Part shown: piece after piece, positions 42,081 to 56,377 of the stretch | How the letters are laid out: every line of letters begins with the position of its first letter | Numbering within the stretch: the stretch's first letter is position 1 | NCBI RefSeq assembly: GCF_006345805.1 | Contig: NC_043003.1 | Span: 76,198,001 to 76,262,000 of the forward strand | DNA from: Octopus sinensis | Lineage: Eukaryota | Direction of reading: 5' to 3' | Length of the DNA: 64,000 bases | Position numbers and translations under genes: made by a program | The notes under the pieces: model-generated | The model's input: the letters and a program-made list of their open reading frames with translations, nothing else | Database searches by the model: none | Told to the model about the DNA's origin: nothing

Positions 42081-42139
42081 TTCTTTTAGTATTAATTACT
42101 TAGTATTACTTAGTATTAATTACTTAGTATTACTTATAT

Positions 42140-42185
<46 letters not shown>

Positions 42186-43061
42186 CAGGGTACGGTGGTG
42201 AATATACTGTCGTCTAAGTTACCCAACAAAAAAAGAACTCTGACATCTCATTTTAATAGATATGCTTACCAGAATTACATAAAAAATATTTTGAAATACT
42301 AAAGAGTATATTCAATAAAATCGCCATTGTCTTCAACCACGACCTCCAGACAACTTTCGCATCTCTTGGAACTCTTCTGAACGGTGTCCTTGTTTAAGTT
42401 GGTGAATGCTGCTATAACCCTTGCCTTGAATTCATCTTTGGTGCTATAAGGAGTTTTGTTGTTCTCTCGCTCAACTGCGGCCCACACATAATAAAGGGGG
42501 TTGCAGTCTGTTGTCGCAGAAATTGTATGACAGCCATGACTGGGTTCTACTGCTTGTGTAGCATGGTGCATAATCCTGTTTCCAAACATAGGGTCTACCA
42601 GTAGCCATCCTGTCGACCCATGACAGCACTACCTCCTCCACACAGTTGATGTAGGCCTCTGTGTAGATCCTGAGGCCTTGTGGGAAGATAAATGGAAGCA
42701 TAACGTCGCCATCACTAGTGATCACTCCAAACAAAATGATTTGGGCTGGATGTCTGTTTTTTTTCACTCTCAATACATGTCCTGAAATTGCACTGTCCCC
42801 AGATTGCACTGTCCTTGCACTTGGATTGACACCCAAATACACCGAAATGTTCGTAATGAGCTTCCAGCGCGAATGTCAAGCAGTACAACAGGTCGTTTCG
42901 TAATCTCTGTCAGAGTGAATAGCGTCATGGTGCTGTTTCTCTCACAGAGGATGCCCAACTGACCCTACTGTACTCTGTCGTCGACAAAATCAAAAACAAA
43001 CGATTCGTATACTCGAAATTAAAAGTATAAAATATAGCGACAATTCACTCATTCCAACCGG
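42186..43061 (-). mobile_element. maT (DD37D-type) Tc1/mariner deletion derivative
   Basis: HPAQIILFGVITSDGDVMLPFIFPQGL; RPYVWKQDYAPCYTSSRTQSWL; DCNPLYYVWAAVER; degenerate CAGGGT-type TIRs with TA flanks. Confidence 0.82.
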
Positions 43062-43146
43062 TACACACACGGTGATGCCTATATGTGTGTGCGCGCGCAT
43101 GTGTCTGTATTCGTGCTACACAAACACACACACACTCACACATACA

Positions 43147-43234
<88 letters not shown>

Positions 43235-43250
43235 CATATAATCTAATTTT

Positions 43251-43587
43251 GAGGGAATGGAACAGGTAAAATCCAGGCTATATATGTTTCCTAGCTACCA
43301 GGACCTCAGAAGTAATACATTTATCCAACGAAGGGTTCACTGCTAGCTAGACTTCATGCCGGAGATAACTTAGTTAAATTGTTAGATTGTTGGCAAGGAT
43401 CCTATTTTAAAATTCCATCTCCGGTGAGTTAACTTGGTATCCTTTGACGACAATGTAACCTTCATTTAACTGTATCTTCGGCCTGACAAGTAGCTAGGAG
43501 AGTACCCATTAATGATTCATTATTACTGCCTAGGTTTTGCTAGGTAGGAAAAATATGTCGCTCAGATTTTACCTGTCCCATTCCCTC
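43251..43587. mobile_element. 337-bp MITE with GAGGG termini
   Basis: gagggaatggaacaggtaaaatc versus gattttacctgtcccattccctc, 22/23 match; looser match to about 55 bp. Confidence 0.75.
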
Positions 43588-43749
43588 AATTTGAACATTT
43601 ATTTCCATTCATAGCAAACTAAAGTTGCACACACTGAACTATTAAAAAAAAAGAAGCCTACAACATTCTACACCAATGAACAATTATTATTCCTGAAAGT
43701 AAGTGGTTTCTTATACCTGATAGACACACACTCATATACATATATATGC

Positions 43750-43915
43750 CCAGACTTGTGTGACTACTAAGAAGTTTGCTATCTAAGTACAAGGTTCCGG
43801 ATTCAGTCCCGCTACGGGTCACCTTGGGCGAGTAATCTTTACTATAGCGTGAAGCTGACCAAAGCCTTGTGAGTGGATTCGGTAGCAGAAGCCTTGAAGG
43901 AACGTGTCGTATATA
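43750..43915 (+). mobile_element. SINE family B 5' half
   Basis: ggttccggattcagtcccgc...ccttgggcgag...gaccaaagccttgtgagtggattcggtag. Confidence 0.7.
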
Positions 43916-46705
43916 TGCATATATAAGTATATCTATGCGTGTGTGTGTGTGTGCGCGCGCGTGTATATGGGTTTGTGTGTGTGTATATATATATATATAG
44001 ACAGAGAAAGAGAGAGCGGAAGAGACACATACACACACTCACATACATATATATACACATATGTAGGCATATGTATATGTATGTATACCCATGACGTTTA
44101 TGCCAATAGCTTATATGACAAACACCACAAAATCTTTCAACGCTGACCCGAAACATTTGGACGCTACTGCGATCTACGAACACAGAATTCGCTACTTGCG
44201 AAGAAATATGACTCTAATCTTTAGAACTTAATCATTAAAATAATCACAAGTGGAATTATAAATATTTTCTCTAAAACTGATATCAAAATTTCCAATTCCT
44301 GGAAGCATAGATATCTGAATATTATTTTTAAAAGGCAAATCAACAGAAATAAATATATCTAGCAGCCAATTTGCACCAAGTTTGGTTAGGCATCAACGCA
44401 ATACAGAGCTTCGTGTTAAAGAAAGAAACTGAGTGCTTAAATGTGACTGCCACTGGTTAAACAGATTTTATTCAGAGGAAGTATGCTGTGAAAGACATTA
44501 AACAATTGTTGGGGCAAGTTTAAAAATTAATGAAAAACGAAAAGTTACATAGAATTATTAATTATAGCAAAACTTGATTAATTAAGATAGGATTTCATTA
44601 AAACAGCGAAATAATAAGAATCACACATAGAATTGCTTCACATATTGAGATTTTAACAAATTGCGAATGTTTTCCCTTTTGTCTCCGTATCTCAGTAATT
44701 TTTATATATTATATTATTTTCTACATGAAATCAATATTTCTATTATTGGTTATTATTTCCTCAATACATCTCTAGAATACGTCGAGAAAGGTAAAAACGA
44801 CTGTATTAATAATATTCAGATTACAGTTACATATCGAATGTAATACCTCAGGTGATCTTTTCTAACTTATCCAATTTTCAAGAAAGACAGGTTTTAGGTA
44901 GCATATCGAATTTTCTTTTATCGAGAATGTGAAAGTCAATGGTGATATCTCGATAAAATATCCATCAAGCATCGAATTTATTTTAGATTTGCAAACAGAA
45001 TGTGAAGAATAAATTCGGAATTTTCTTTATATCCTTTCACAAGAAATTGATAGCATCTAAACCTAGATTACCACTCAAGAGATTTAAATCTCAGTGAATA
45101 TTTACCAGTCTCGATAATTTATTAAATGTTACATAATTTTTCCTGTAAGTATAAACGTGAAATTCAATCTAGACTGTATTTTCAAAGAGAGACACATTTA
45201 TGTTACCATAAGAAGTACGTTTACCGTGAAAATATCAGTAACCAACAGGTTAGTTAACTGAAGCAAAATTACGTATTTGACATGTGAATGTTTCCCCCAT
45301 TCATTAATGGAACTAAATCAGTTGTAAATCATGAGCTTTAGCCCATTATTTTTGTAGAATGCAGCATGTTGTTTTCCGCAGAAAGGAACAGATGTTTATT
45401 TTTTTTATAAAATCATTCCAAATTGTATAGAGTATACAATTACTGCTAGCTTCTTTCCTAAGATATAAACTATATATATAAAAAAGAACAATATGAATAG
45501 ATATTTGCGTTACTGTATGTTCCGGAGAAATGAGGCTACTATAAAGCCATGGATTTAGAGAAAACGGTCTTAACATATCACTACAATCTGAAAACTCCGT
45601 ACAAAGCTGACCATAAATACAAACAGCAGCACTTACATAAGATATGTTCAAACTATGATAGATAATTTCTATCCATCATGAATGCCTGTATCATACTAAG
45701 AAAAGAAAATTCCATTTCGCATAAATGAATGTTTTTTAGCATTTCATTGCAGCTCATCAAAGCGAGGTTGCTGAATAATTGTCTACGTTGTCTTTAAATA
45801 AAAGAGCCTGGTAGAACAAATGTATTTCCCGAAATATATGCAAGTCAAATCAGTGAACATGAGAAAATCTATGTGTATCTCCCCAGACAGTTAGAAATAG
45901 TAGCCAAGTGTCCATCACAGTCTATTATCTTAAGAAGTAAAGGTGACATACTGGACAAAGTAGTCGTAAATATACGTAAAACTGGGATGGAAGCGTCTGG
46001 AATATTATAAGTTTATTCACTGAGTGCTTTCAACTACAACAAGAGCTGATAAATCTATCAACATTAGAAGCTCCATTCAATTCAAATATGCCTCTAACCT
46101 CACTCTGTCTTTAAACAAGTCTTAAACATTTGATATGAGAATTTGACGCAAATATTGAGAATATGCTTATGGGTTCGTCTCTGAAAATTCAATTCCAATT
46201 TGCGAGAATTGTGTGAATAAACAGCTTGTGTCAATTACTTTCATTGAACTGGAGTGAACTATAAATTGATGCACTAGACATATCTTTAAAATTCACGTAC
46301 ACAGTTGATATTTTTCACACGTTCTTCACTAAGTAGTAACTTAACTATAATACTTGCTTATTAAAGGTAGAATTACTAATGCTCTTTTGCTTAACAGTAA
46401 ATAATGTTTGCAATGCTATACGTTATATCATACTATGAAACCGTAAAAGCTGAAGTTAAAACTTGCATAACTGAAATTGAAAGACTGAGAAACTGAACAG
46501 AATAGATGACAAAAGGTCTAGATAAGTGAAACACAAAAGGATGAAAATAAACGGGAAAAACAATGAATATGCAGTTAAGGTGAATACTTAAAAGTATTTA
46601 CGAGATTTGCTCTGTACTCAATGGAATTGTCAGAGAAACAAATAAAATTCAGGTAATTTACGGAGTTCAAATTCAACATTCCGTTTTTTGAGGATACTAT
46701 TTGAT

Positions 46706-46737
<32 letters not shown>

Positions 46738-46738
<1 letters not shown>

Positions 46739-46877
46739 CTAGCAGAGGTATCCGGCGTTGCTTCGAGATTGAAATTGTTCCTTATATATTGGACGGTAAA
46801 AGCAAAATATATTGTTGAGAAGTTTGTTATTCTAATTTCAATTTATTCTTCAGTTGGGAAATCAATTCACAATACAA

Positions 46878-46948
<71 letters not shown>

Positions 46949-47110
46949 GTAATGATGATGATGATGATGATGATAACACGAAAATTTTTATCATACGCAC
47001 AGCGTCGTTCTGGATGAAGTTTAGGTTCATGTTTATTCACAAATACAGCCAATCTGTGACGTCATAATTTGTCTCTCTTGCTATGTCTCTTGAAGTTACA
47101 TCACTAATTC
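46738..47110 (-). mobile_element. Possible non-autonomous Helitron with internal (AAT)n
   Basis: Minus-strand 3' end gcaacgccggatacctctgCTAG|T with degenerate hairpin. Confidence 0.4.
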
Positions 47111-48530
47111 GATGGTTTGGTTTTTCTCAATTTCCATCTGTGCTTGGTTAAAAAATTGTTTCAGAGAACTGGATTGATATCTGGGTTTGCCTTTTGAACT
47201 GCATACTTTAAGTCCTCAGCCATGTCCTTACGAAGTTTACACACGTTCGGTATCATTGCCAAAATGCTACGGAGTTCCCTTGGAGAATCTGATACTGATG
47301 CTTCAGTCAATGCTAGGTTCTAATGTTCAGCATTTTCTAAAAAAAAAAAAACTTGTTGATAACATGTTTCTCTATATGTTTCACACACATTACCATTTAT
47401 CCTGCACGAAACTTGGAATGATTTAGGATCATGTATTTCATACAAAGGGAGCTATAAGTAGTAGTATTCCGCTTGGCTCTTGATGGCGGGGCCACTGTAA
47501 ACTCTTGCAAGAGCGTCAGCCCCTTTCCTCTTGTGTAATTTATTGTTTCTCCAGGTGTAGAGAGTGAGAACATTGTTCTGGGGAACTTTTACGAGAATGA
47601 GAATTAAAATGGGGATTAATTGAAAAAGTGAGTTACGTGAATATCTTGACAAGAATGATAGAAATAAATCGCGATTGAGGAATGCCTCATGCACGCACGC
47701 ACACATACATAGAGTATCAAACATAAGATGAAATGAAGAGAGAGAGAGAAGGGTGAGTTGTCATGTATATGTACATAATAAATATGCATAAATCTTGTTT
47801 GTATATATGTGTGCATGTGTGTGAGATAGAGAGAAGGTGAGTGCCATTTAAACATCACTATCTCTCTTTCTTTTTCTGTTTCACACACATATAGACGCAC
47901 AAATACATGTAAAAAACATGCACGTATTTATGCATATGTATATATGTATGTACGTATACATGATAACACACCTTTTGACTAACGGACTGTCTCTCTCTCT
48001 CTCTCTCTCACGCACACACACACACAAACACACATACATAAATGTACACAAGCATACACACAAAAACTCACGTGTGCATGTGCGACTGACTTTTGTGTAT
48101 GTGTGTGAGAAAGAGAAAGAGGGGGAGAGATAATATTGTAAAGAATGAATGAAATAAACATGAACTGAAAAAAACGTATAAATAAAACTTCGTAAAAACT
48201 ATCCTATACGGAATATTTAAATATTTCTTTCGGTAATTTTTTACAGTTGTTTGCAAATAGCGAATTAAAACTTGAAGTGATGGAAAACTTCACCGTTGCT
48301 ACGTCGATACCGGAAGTTGACAATAAGCAACCTTTTTAAAGGAGTAAATCATATATAAAAAGCAATATTATTTATTTTTAGTTAAAAAATCAAATGAAGT
48401 GCCTAACATGGGTCCGAAATCAAATTATACATGCATCACAAGCATGGAAGCAATTGAAGTCGTTTTCGCGTGAAAGCGAATACACACATCTCTATATTAT
48501 ATATTTGATATATACATACATATGTATGTA

Positions 48531-49165
<635 letters not shown>

Positions 49166-49998
49166 CATATATGTGGATGCTAATACAGGAACAACGTTAG
49201 ACTCCTCACTCGTATCACTATCGAAGCAAGAGTTTAATAACGGTCTCTTCATAGCACCTACTTAGCGTTACCTGCCATTCTCTGGATATTCTAGTTACCA
49301 ATACACTTCACAGGTATATATGTGTACGTCTCTGTGTGTATACGTGTATGTTTTCGTACACAGCGAGAGATAGAGAAAGAGAGGAGAGAAAAAAAATAAA
49401 TCTGGACGTTTGGTTGTGAAATTATTTAAAATCTTATACGTGACTTGGTAGCAATTATGATCACATTATGGAACTAAATCTTAATATATTTTCTAGATCT
49501 TCAGCTCCTCAGAGATTCATAAAGACATCGTTTGTTTTTTTTTGTGTGTTTTTTTAAATAATAGAATGAAATAAGGTTTATATACTGAGAGATATAAAGA
49601 AACACATACAGACATATGATTACAAACACACATGCAAATACACATTAATATATATGCGTGTATATATGTACGTACGTACGTATGTATGTATGTATCTATT
49701 TATCACTATATGCATCTAATAATATATATATATATATATGGAATATATACATACACACATATATAATATATGCGTGTGTGTGTGTGTATGTGTATATATA
49801 TATCTATATATATGTGTGCGCACGCGCGTGTGTGTGTGTGTAAGAAAACAAGAGAAAATGCAGAAATGGACAGACAGACATCAATTTATTAATACAAATC
49901 CAATTTCAAGCAACATCAATTTCTTATAACCTACAATTGTTTCCGGGAACTTGGATGCTAACATCCTTCTAAGGGGAAATTTATATCCAAGCAATAAT

Positions 49999-50037
<39 letters not shown>

Positions 50038-50046
50038 TATAAATAT

Positions 50047-50111
<65 letters not shown>

Positions 50112-51337
50112 CATACATATATACATATGTATGCATTTAATGTATGTATGTAAACATGTACCATGGTATGGTTTCCCAGTATTATAAAGATGAAATTGGT
50201 CTTAAAATACAGTTGTGTATAAAACTCTTCTAAGTCTATTAAGCAGTCAAATATTCCCTTTTTTGCTCACCTTCCTTAACAGTATATTGGACACGCAATG
50301 TACCCTTGAGTATGGGTGCCTTAAAAGCATCATAATCAATAATGCAATGTTATTATGCAAAATAGCAAGTACCAACCTATTGGTTAAAGAATAAAACCCT
50401 GGTAGGAAACGATATATTATTCGCAAATAATTATCATAATGTAACCTGTCAATCCACCACCGAGGGCTAATTACAATGATTTAGTACTTTTCTCCCACTC
50501 AATCTATAATGCGTCGGAAATTAGACGATTTTAAATTGTTTAACAATCGTATGTTTGTGGAGATAAGATTGCCTGGAGGAGAAGATAGTTCATTCGTATT
50601 CGTATGCTAATTACTCTCTTCGATATTTATATTATCTTTTAGATCATTTCACCTGATGTCCAGAACTGTGATAACTGAAATACGAATATCATCTCAAGAA
50701 GATTTGCAGCCAAGAGGAAGGTCCCTCTCAGATTATGAACGTACACCTAAATATCACTCTCTGAAATTTAGTTTGGGCTTTGTTATAAATTAACATTTCA
50801 TATGAGTTTGTTTATTTGTATGTGTATACAAATTATGTAGAAACGTACACATACACACAGAAATACATGTGAGCATCGTGTATATGCATGTATGTCTATG
50901 AGTACTTGTGTGTGTATGAAAGAGAGAGAGAGAGAGGAAGAGCGCGTGTATGTGTTTGTGTGTGTTTGTATATGTCATTTAGTTAACATAACTGTAAACT
51001 ATTCAATGAATTCCACCACATAGAGTGTTGCTAGGAGGTAACAGAGAGGAAAAACTTTTCTAAACCTTATATCTTCACGTTTCAAAAGCCTGAGGAAAAT
51101 TAAATCTATTGAAGTCTTTGTAATACGATTCATGACGAAAATAATAATAAAAAAAAAACATAACAAACAATAATCAGAAGGATCTGTTGTCTATTGTCTC
51201 GATATGCAAAACACCACACTGTTTAATATCCTTTCTCTCGTCTCTCATCAGTTGACGTCACACTATGCATATTTTGTAGTTTTGCATTTATATGATATAT
51301 ATGTTAATTCTTTTGTTACGGAAGAAATATCAACATC

Positions 51338-51380
<43 letters not shown>

Positions 51381-51397
51381 TAATAGTAGTAGTAGTA

Positions 51398-51435
<38 letters not shown>

Positions 51436-51681
51436 ATGAGTGCAATCTAAACAGACATTTTGAATTTGTGAAAGTTGTATTTCAGTTGTTATCAATCATG
51501 TAAACTATTTATAGTAAAACTATTTTGTGTCTAAAATACTTTACCTAGCCAACATGAAGACATGTGGCATTTATACTTGTATTTTATTTTTATTTATAGA
51601 AGTTTTGAAAAAAATACGCATTATAACTACGCCTACGCACGTAAACATATACACACATACATACATATATGAATATATATA

Positions 51682-51750
<69 letters not shown>

Positions 51751-51817
51751 TGTGTGTGTGTGTATGTTTATGTATACACACACACTCGCAGACACATACA
51801 CACGAAGACACACACAC

Positions 51818-51893
<76 letters not shown>

Positions 51894-52692
51894 GCCATTG
51901 TTTCGGTCAGATTAAGAATTACTATTATACATTTATATAGCTGTAATATCTCAAAAGTTATGAGTGTGAATATAAGATTTCGCTGATAATAAAGTAAGAT
52001 GTTACATTTAATATATTTAACGCTTGACAAGTAGTTTAGGAGTGTGCACAGAAATAAAAGTAGTAATTTTCCAAAAGTGTGAGACAACTATTCATGCATT
52101 TAAATAAGTAGACTGAAATCAGAAATGTAACGTCAACATAGAAAGAGCGAAGAGAAAAAATAATTAGAATAATATGTGAAAAGTGGGTGAGATAAACAGA
52201 AAATGATAAATCGATCATAAGGTGGAAAACACTGAAAACATGCAGAGAAGATGCACAAAAAAAAGAAGAAAATAATAAAGAAATATAGACAGATAGATAT
52301 ATAAAGAGCGCAAGTAGGCGAGCGTGGGAGAGAGAGAGCGAGTGTGATGGAAGTCTTATAAATAGAGAAGAATGTACAAACTAGACAGCTAAAATACAAT
52401 TATTTAGACCTATTTTCCTTCGAAAGGTGTCTTAAGAATCATACTGACGTTCGCCCCATAAAGCAAGTTGCATAAAGAGCTGCAACAAATACTTTTCCGG
52501 GTTACATTGATTTAAACAATGTCTTCAAAATCCCCGACAGGCTTCCTTGCATTTATGAAAGTAAAAATTTCAGAACTGGTAATTGTGGTTAACCTGGAAG
52601 GCTCGAACTACATTTAAATTTAAACTTACACTCACACACTGAAACACAGACACACACACACACATACACACAAACACATACACGCACACACG

Positions 52693-52779
<87 letters not shown>

Positions 52780-53528
52780 ACAAAATATATAATTTTATAA
52801 ATATAATTGTTAAATTATATTAAGAGCAACGACCAAGAAATGTCACATGCTGGAAGAAGATGTCACATGGCATTAAACTACATCATCTCTCACATGATAC
52901 ACGCTGAAAGCGAGGAATGAACAAAAATGTACATCATTAAAAACACTTACACATACCATACAAAAACAACGTATCCACAGTGTATGTAGAAATGTTCACA
53001 TTTATATACAAGTGAACAGTCTAGTTCGTTGATCTCAGCCACGTGTGAATAACCAAAATGATTCAGTAATGAATAAAGTTTGGTTTAAGTGAATTTATAT
53101 TTATCAATTAAAATCAAGGATAAAATATATATAAGATTATATCAAGTAGCTAGCATGTAAAAACCAATTAAGGTAAAAATAATACATCTTATATAATTTT
53201 CTAAGTATAATTATAAAATTATAATAAAAGCAACAAGCAAGTAATGCTACATGCTAGAAAAAGACGCCAAGCAGCTCTAAATTACTTTATCAATCACATA
53301 GAAACGCGGTGACAGCGAGGGAACGAAAAATATGGGAGATTTTGAAAAAGTTTAGCTATAGACCAATCGATTTCTGGTTTAGTAATGTAATGCCACGTCA
53401 CCGTTATCAGTATGACGTAACCAAAAGTACATAATTATAAAAATTTCTACATACCATGCAAACACAACGTATCCACTGTGCATATACACATCTTCACATT
53501 TACATACAAGTTAAAAATCTAGTTCATT

Positions 53529-53580
<52 letters not shown>

Positions 53581-53727
53581 CATACATACATACATACATA
53601 CATACATACATGCATACATACACCCACACATATATATACATGTATGCATGTATGTATATAATATATACATATATATATATATATATATAAAATATATATA
53701 CATACATATATACACACACACACACAC

Positions 53728-53763
<36 letters not shown>

Positions 53764-53784
53764 CTATATATATATATATATATT

Positions 53785-54858
53785 ATATACATTCAAACAT
53801 ATAAGGGATGGCTATAATAGGACATCCGACTCACTAGAAAGAGCAGCTAACTCGAAACCACTAATAGTTGTAATTCTGAAATGTAAAGAGAAATAAAAAC
53901 GTTTACCCTCTCGTTTCTGGACTATGCATAGTTTCGGAAATCTTTTGTAAATAAATTAAATTAAATTAAATTTATTTAACACCGGCGTTGCACTCATCAG
54001 CAGCAAAGCCAAAGACTACCATATATTCACGAGGCGATAACGAGCATATCTCGAGTCTATATGCTATAAATGTTCAAAATCCACCGCATTCGCGCGGTTT
54101 TCTCAGCAGTAAATATAAACTGCCGATTCAATTTCAAAATTAGCCAAAAAATCATTAATTAATATTTTTATTTCTCTTTCCATTTCAGAATTACAACTGT
54201 TAGTGGTTTGGAGTTTAGCTGCTCTTTCTAGTGAGTCGGATGTCCTATTATTGCCATCCCTTATATGTTTGAATGTATATTATAAAGTCAATTGACTATT
54301 TTTTTCTTTCTCACTTGACTGCTGGTACCGGAGAATTTTTCTAGTATTTTTCTAGAATTTTTTGCTACCCTAAAATTTATTGATTAATGATTTTTTGGCT
54401 AATTTTGAAATTAAATCAGCAGTTTATATTTGCTGCTGAGAAAACCGCGCGAATGCGGTGGATTTTGAAAATTTATAGCATATAGATTCGAGGCATGCTC
54501 GTTATCGCCTCGTGAATATATGGTAGTCCTTGGCTTTTCTGCTAATGAGTGCAACGCCAGTGTTAAATAAATTTAATTTAATTTAATTTATTTACAAAAG
54601 AATGCCGAAACTATGCATAGCCCAGAAACGAGAGGGTAAACGTTTTTATTTCTCTTTCCATTTCAGAATTACAACTATTAGTGGTTTAGAGTTTAGCTGC
54701 TCTTTTTAGTGAGTCGGATCTCCTATTATAGCCATCCCTTATATGTTTGAATGTATATATATAGTCTATTGACTATTTTTTTCTTTCTCCCCTGACCGCT
54801 GGTAGCGGAGAATTTTTCTAGTATTTTTCTACAATTTTTTGCTGCCCTAAAATTTATT
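53785..54858. mobile_element. Retrozyme/pLTR-like element: inverted 380-bp arm followed by A-B-A' direct unit
   Basis: A 54165-54381, B 54382-54642, A' 54643-54858; 53785-54164 is the reverse complement of 54378-54757; (TA)n on both sides. Confidence 0.85.
53914..54006 (-). ncRNA. Type-I hammerhead ribozyme, canonical core, GUC site
   Basis: TTGCTG-CTGATGA-G...AT-rich hairpin...C-GAAAC-TATGCATA-GTC-CAGAAA; mutated twin at 54536-54628 (+). Confidence 0.72.
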
Positions 54859-54861
54859 AAT

Positions 54862-55144
<283 letters not shown>

Positions 55145-55293
55145 CAGTCGTGCATATATATCCATACGTATATCTATATGTATACTTGCATGAACAGTTC
55201 AGGGGTGAAATTTGAGTATTAATCAACTAACTGAACCTACAAGCACCTTCTATTACTAACATCACATTAGACTCAGTTTATATTACAGTACAA

Positions 55294-55608
55294 GAGGCTC
55301 ATGGCTTATTGTTTAGGGTATTCGGCTTGCGATTGCATGGTCATGAGTTCAATTCCCGGCGACGCGTTTTGTCCTCCAGTAAGACAGTGTGTCTCACGTT
55401 GCTCCTGTCCACTCGGCTAGAAAAAATAAGAGTAGTACCCTATTTCAAAGGTCCTGATATGTTACCCTCTGTGTTATGTTGAACTATTTTTAAGGATACA
55501 AGCGTCTATGGAGTGCTAAGCTACATGCTCGTTAATTTATTGAACAGGCTGTTCTGTTCATCTGATCAACTGGAACCCTCCTCGTCGTAACCGATGGAGT
55601 ACCAATTC
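55294..55608 (+). mobile_element. CORE-type SINE, homolog of 26319-26581
   Basis: gagttcaattcccggcgacgcg; tatttcaaagg; gttaattt...gctgttc. Confidence 0.75.
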
Positions 55609-56377
55609 CATGCTACATTACACGTTGCTCCGTAATCTTCTTGCTAAGTGGGATCAGGTTGAAATATCAGGCCTGTGATTTCCTTCTAATATATTCCACT
55701 TCATAAAAACAGTAATACATTTTTAGATATGTTTTATACATGAGTGTTTTTCTTGCCTGGCTCTTAATATGTAAAACGATTTTTGTGTATTATAAAAATT
55801 AATTAAAGAATATTTAACGTTACAAGACAGGAAAAGATAGTAGCAAGCACATTTAGAGAACTGGTAAAGGATAATGTTATCAACAGTGTTTTCAGCTCAA
55901 CTTATACAGATTGCTAGAAGAATCTCCCGAAAAGTTATCTTGCTGAAGGCATATCTTTTTAAAAAAAACAGAACACTTTTAAGTTCAGGTTTTCATTGAA
56001 TATGACATGTTTTATTTCATTTTCATCGGTAAATTTTAGCTCATATCAGAAACTGAACAAATTAAATCCAGCGAAAGAGCGTGATGATTTAATACGCAGC
56101 TAATCAAAAGTAGAGTATGCGATTTCGTTATCCTCTGTCGTATTTACACCTCAGCTTTTCGTAAATTGTATTCTATCTTATATAAAAAATTCACAACAGC
56201 ATTATTGTCATCACCATTTGCATCAATTGTCGTCATCGAATCTACTATCATCGTCACCATTGAAATAAAAATAATAATAATAATGATGATAATGATGATG
56301 ATGATGAGGAGGAGGAGGAGGGGGAGGAGGATCATCATTATCATCAACATGAGGATCATGATGATGCAGTACCAATG

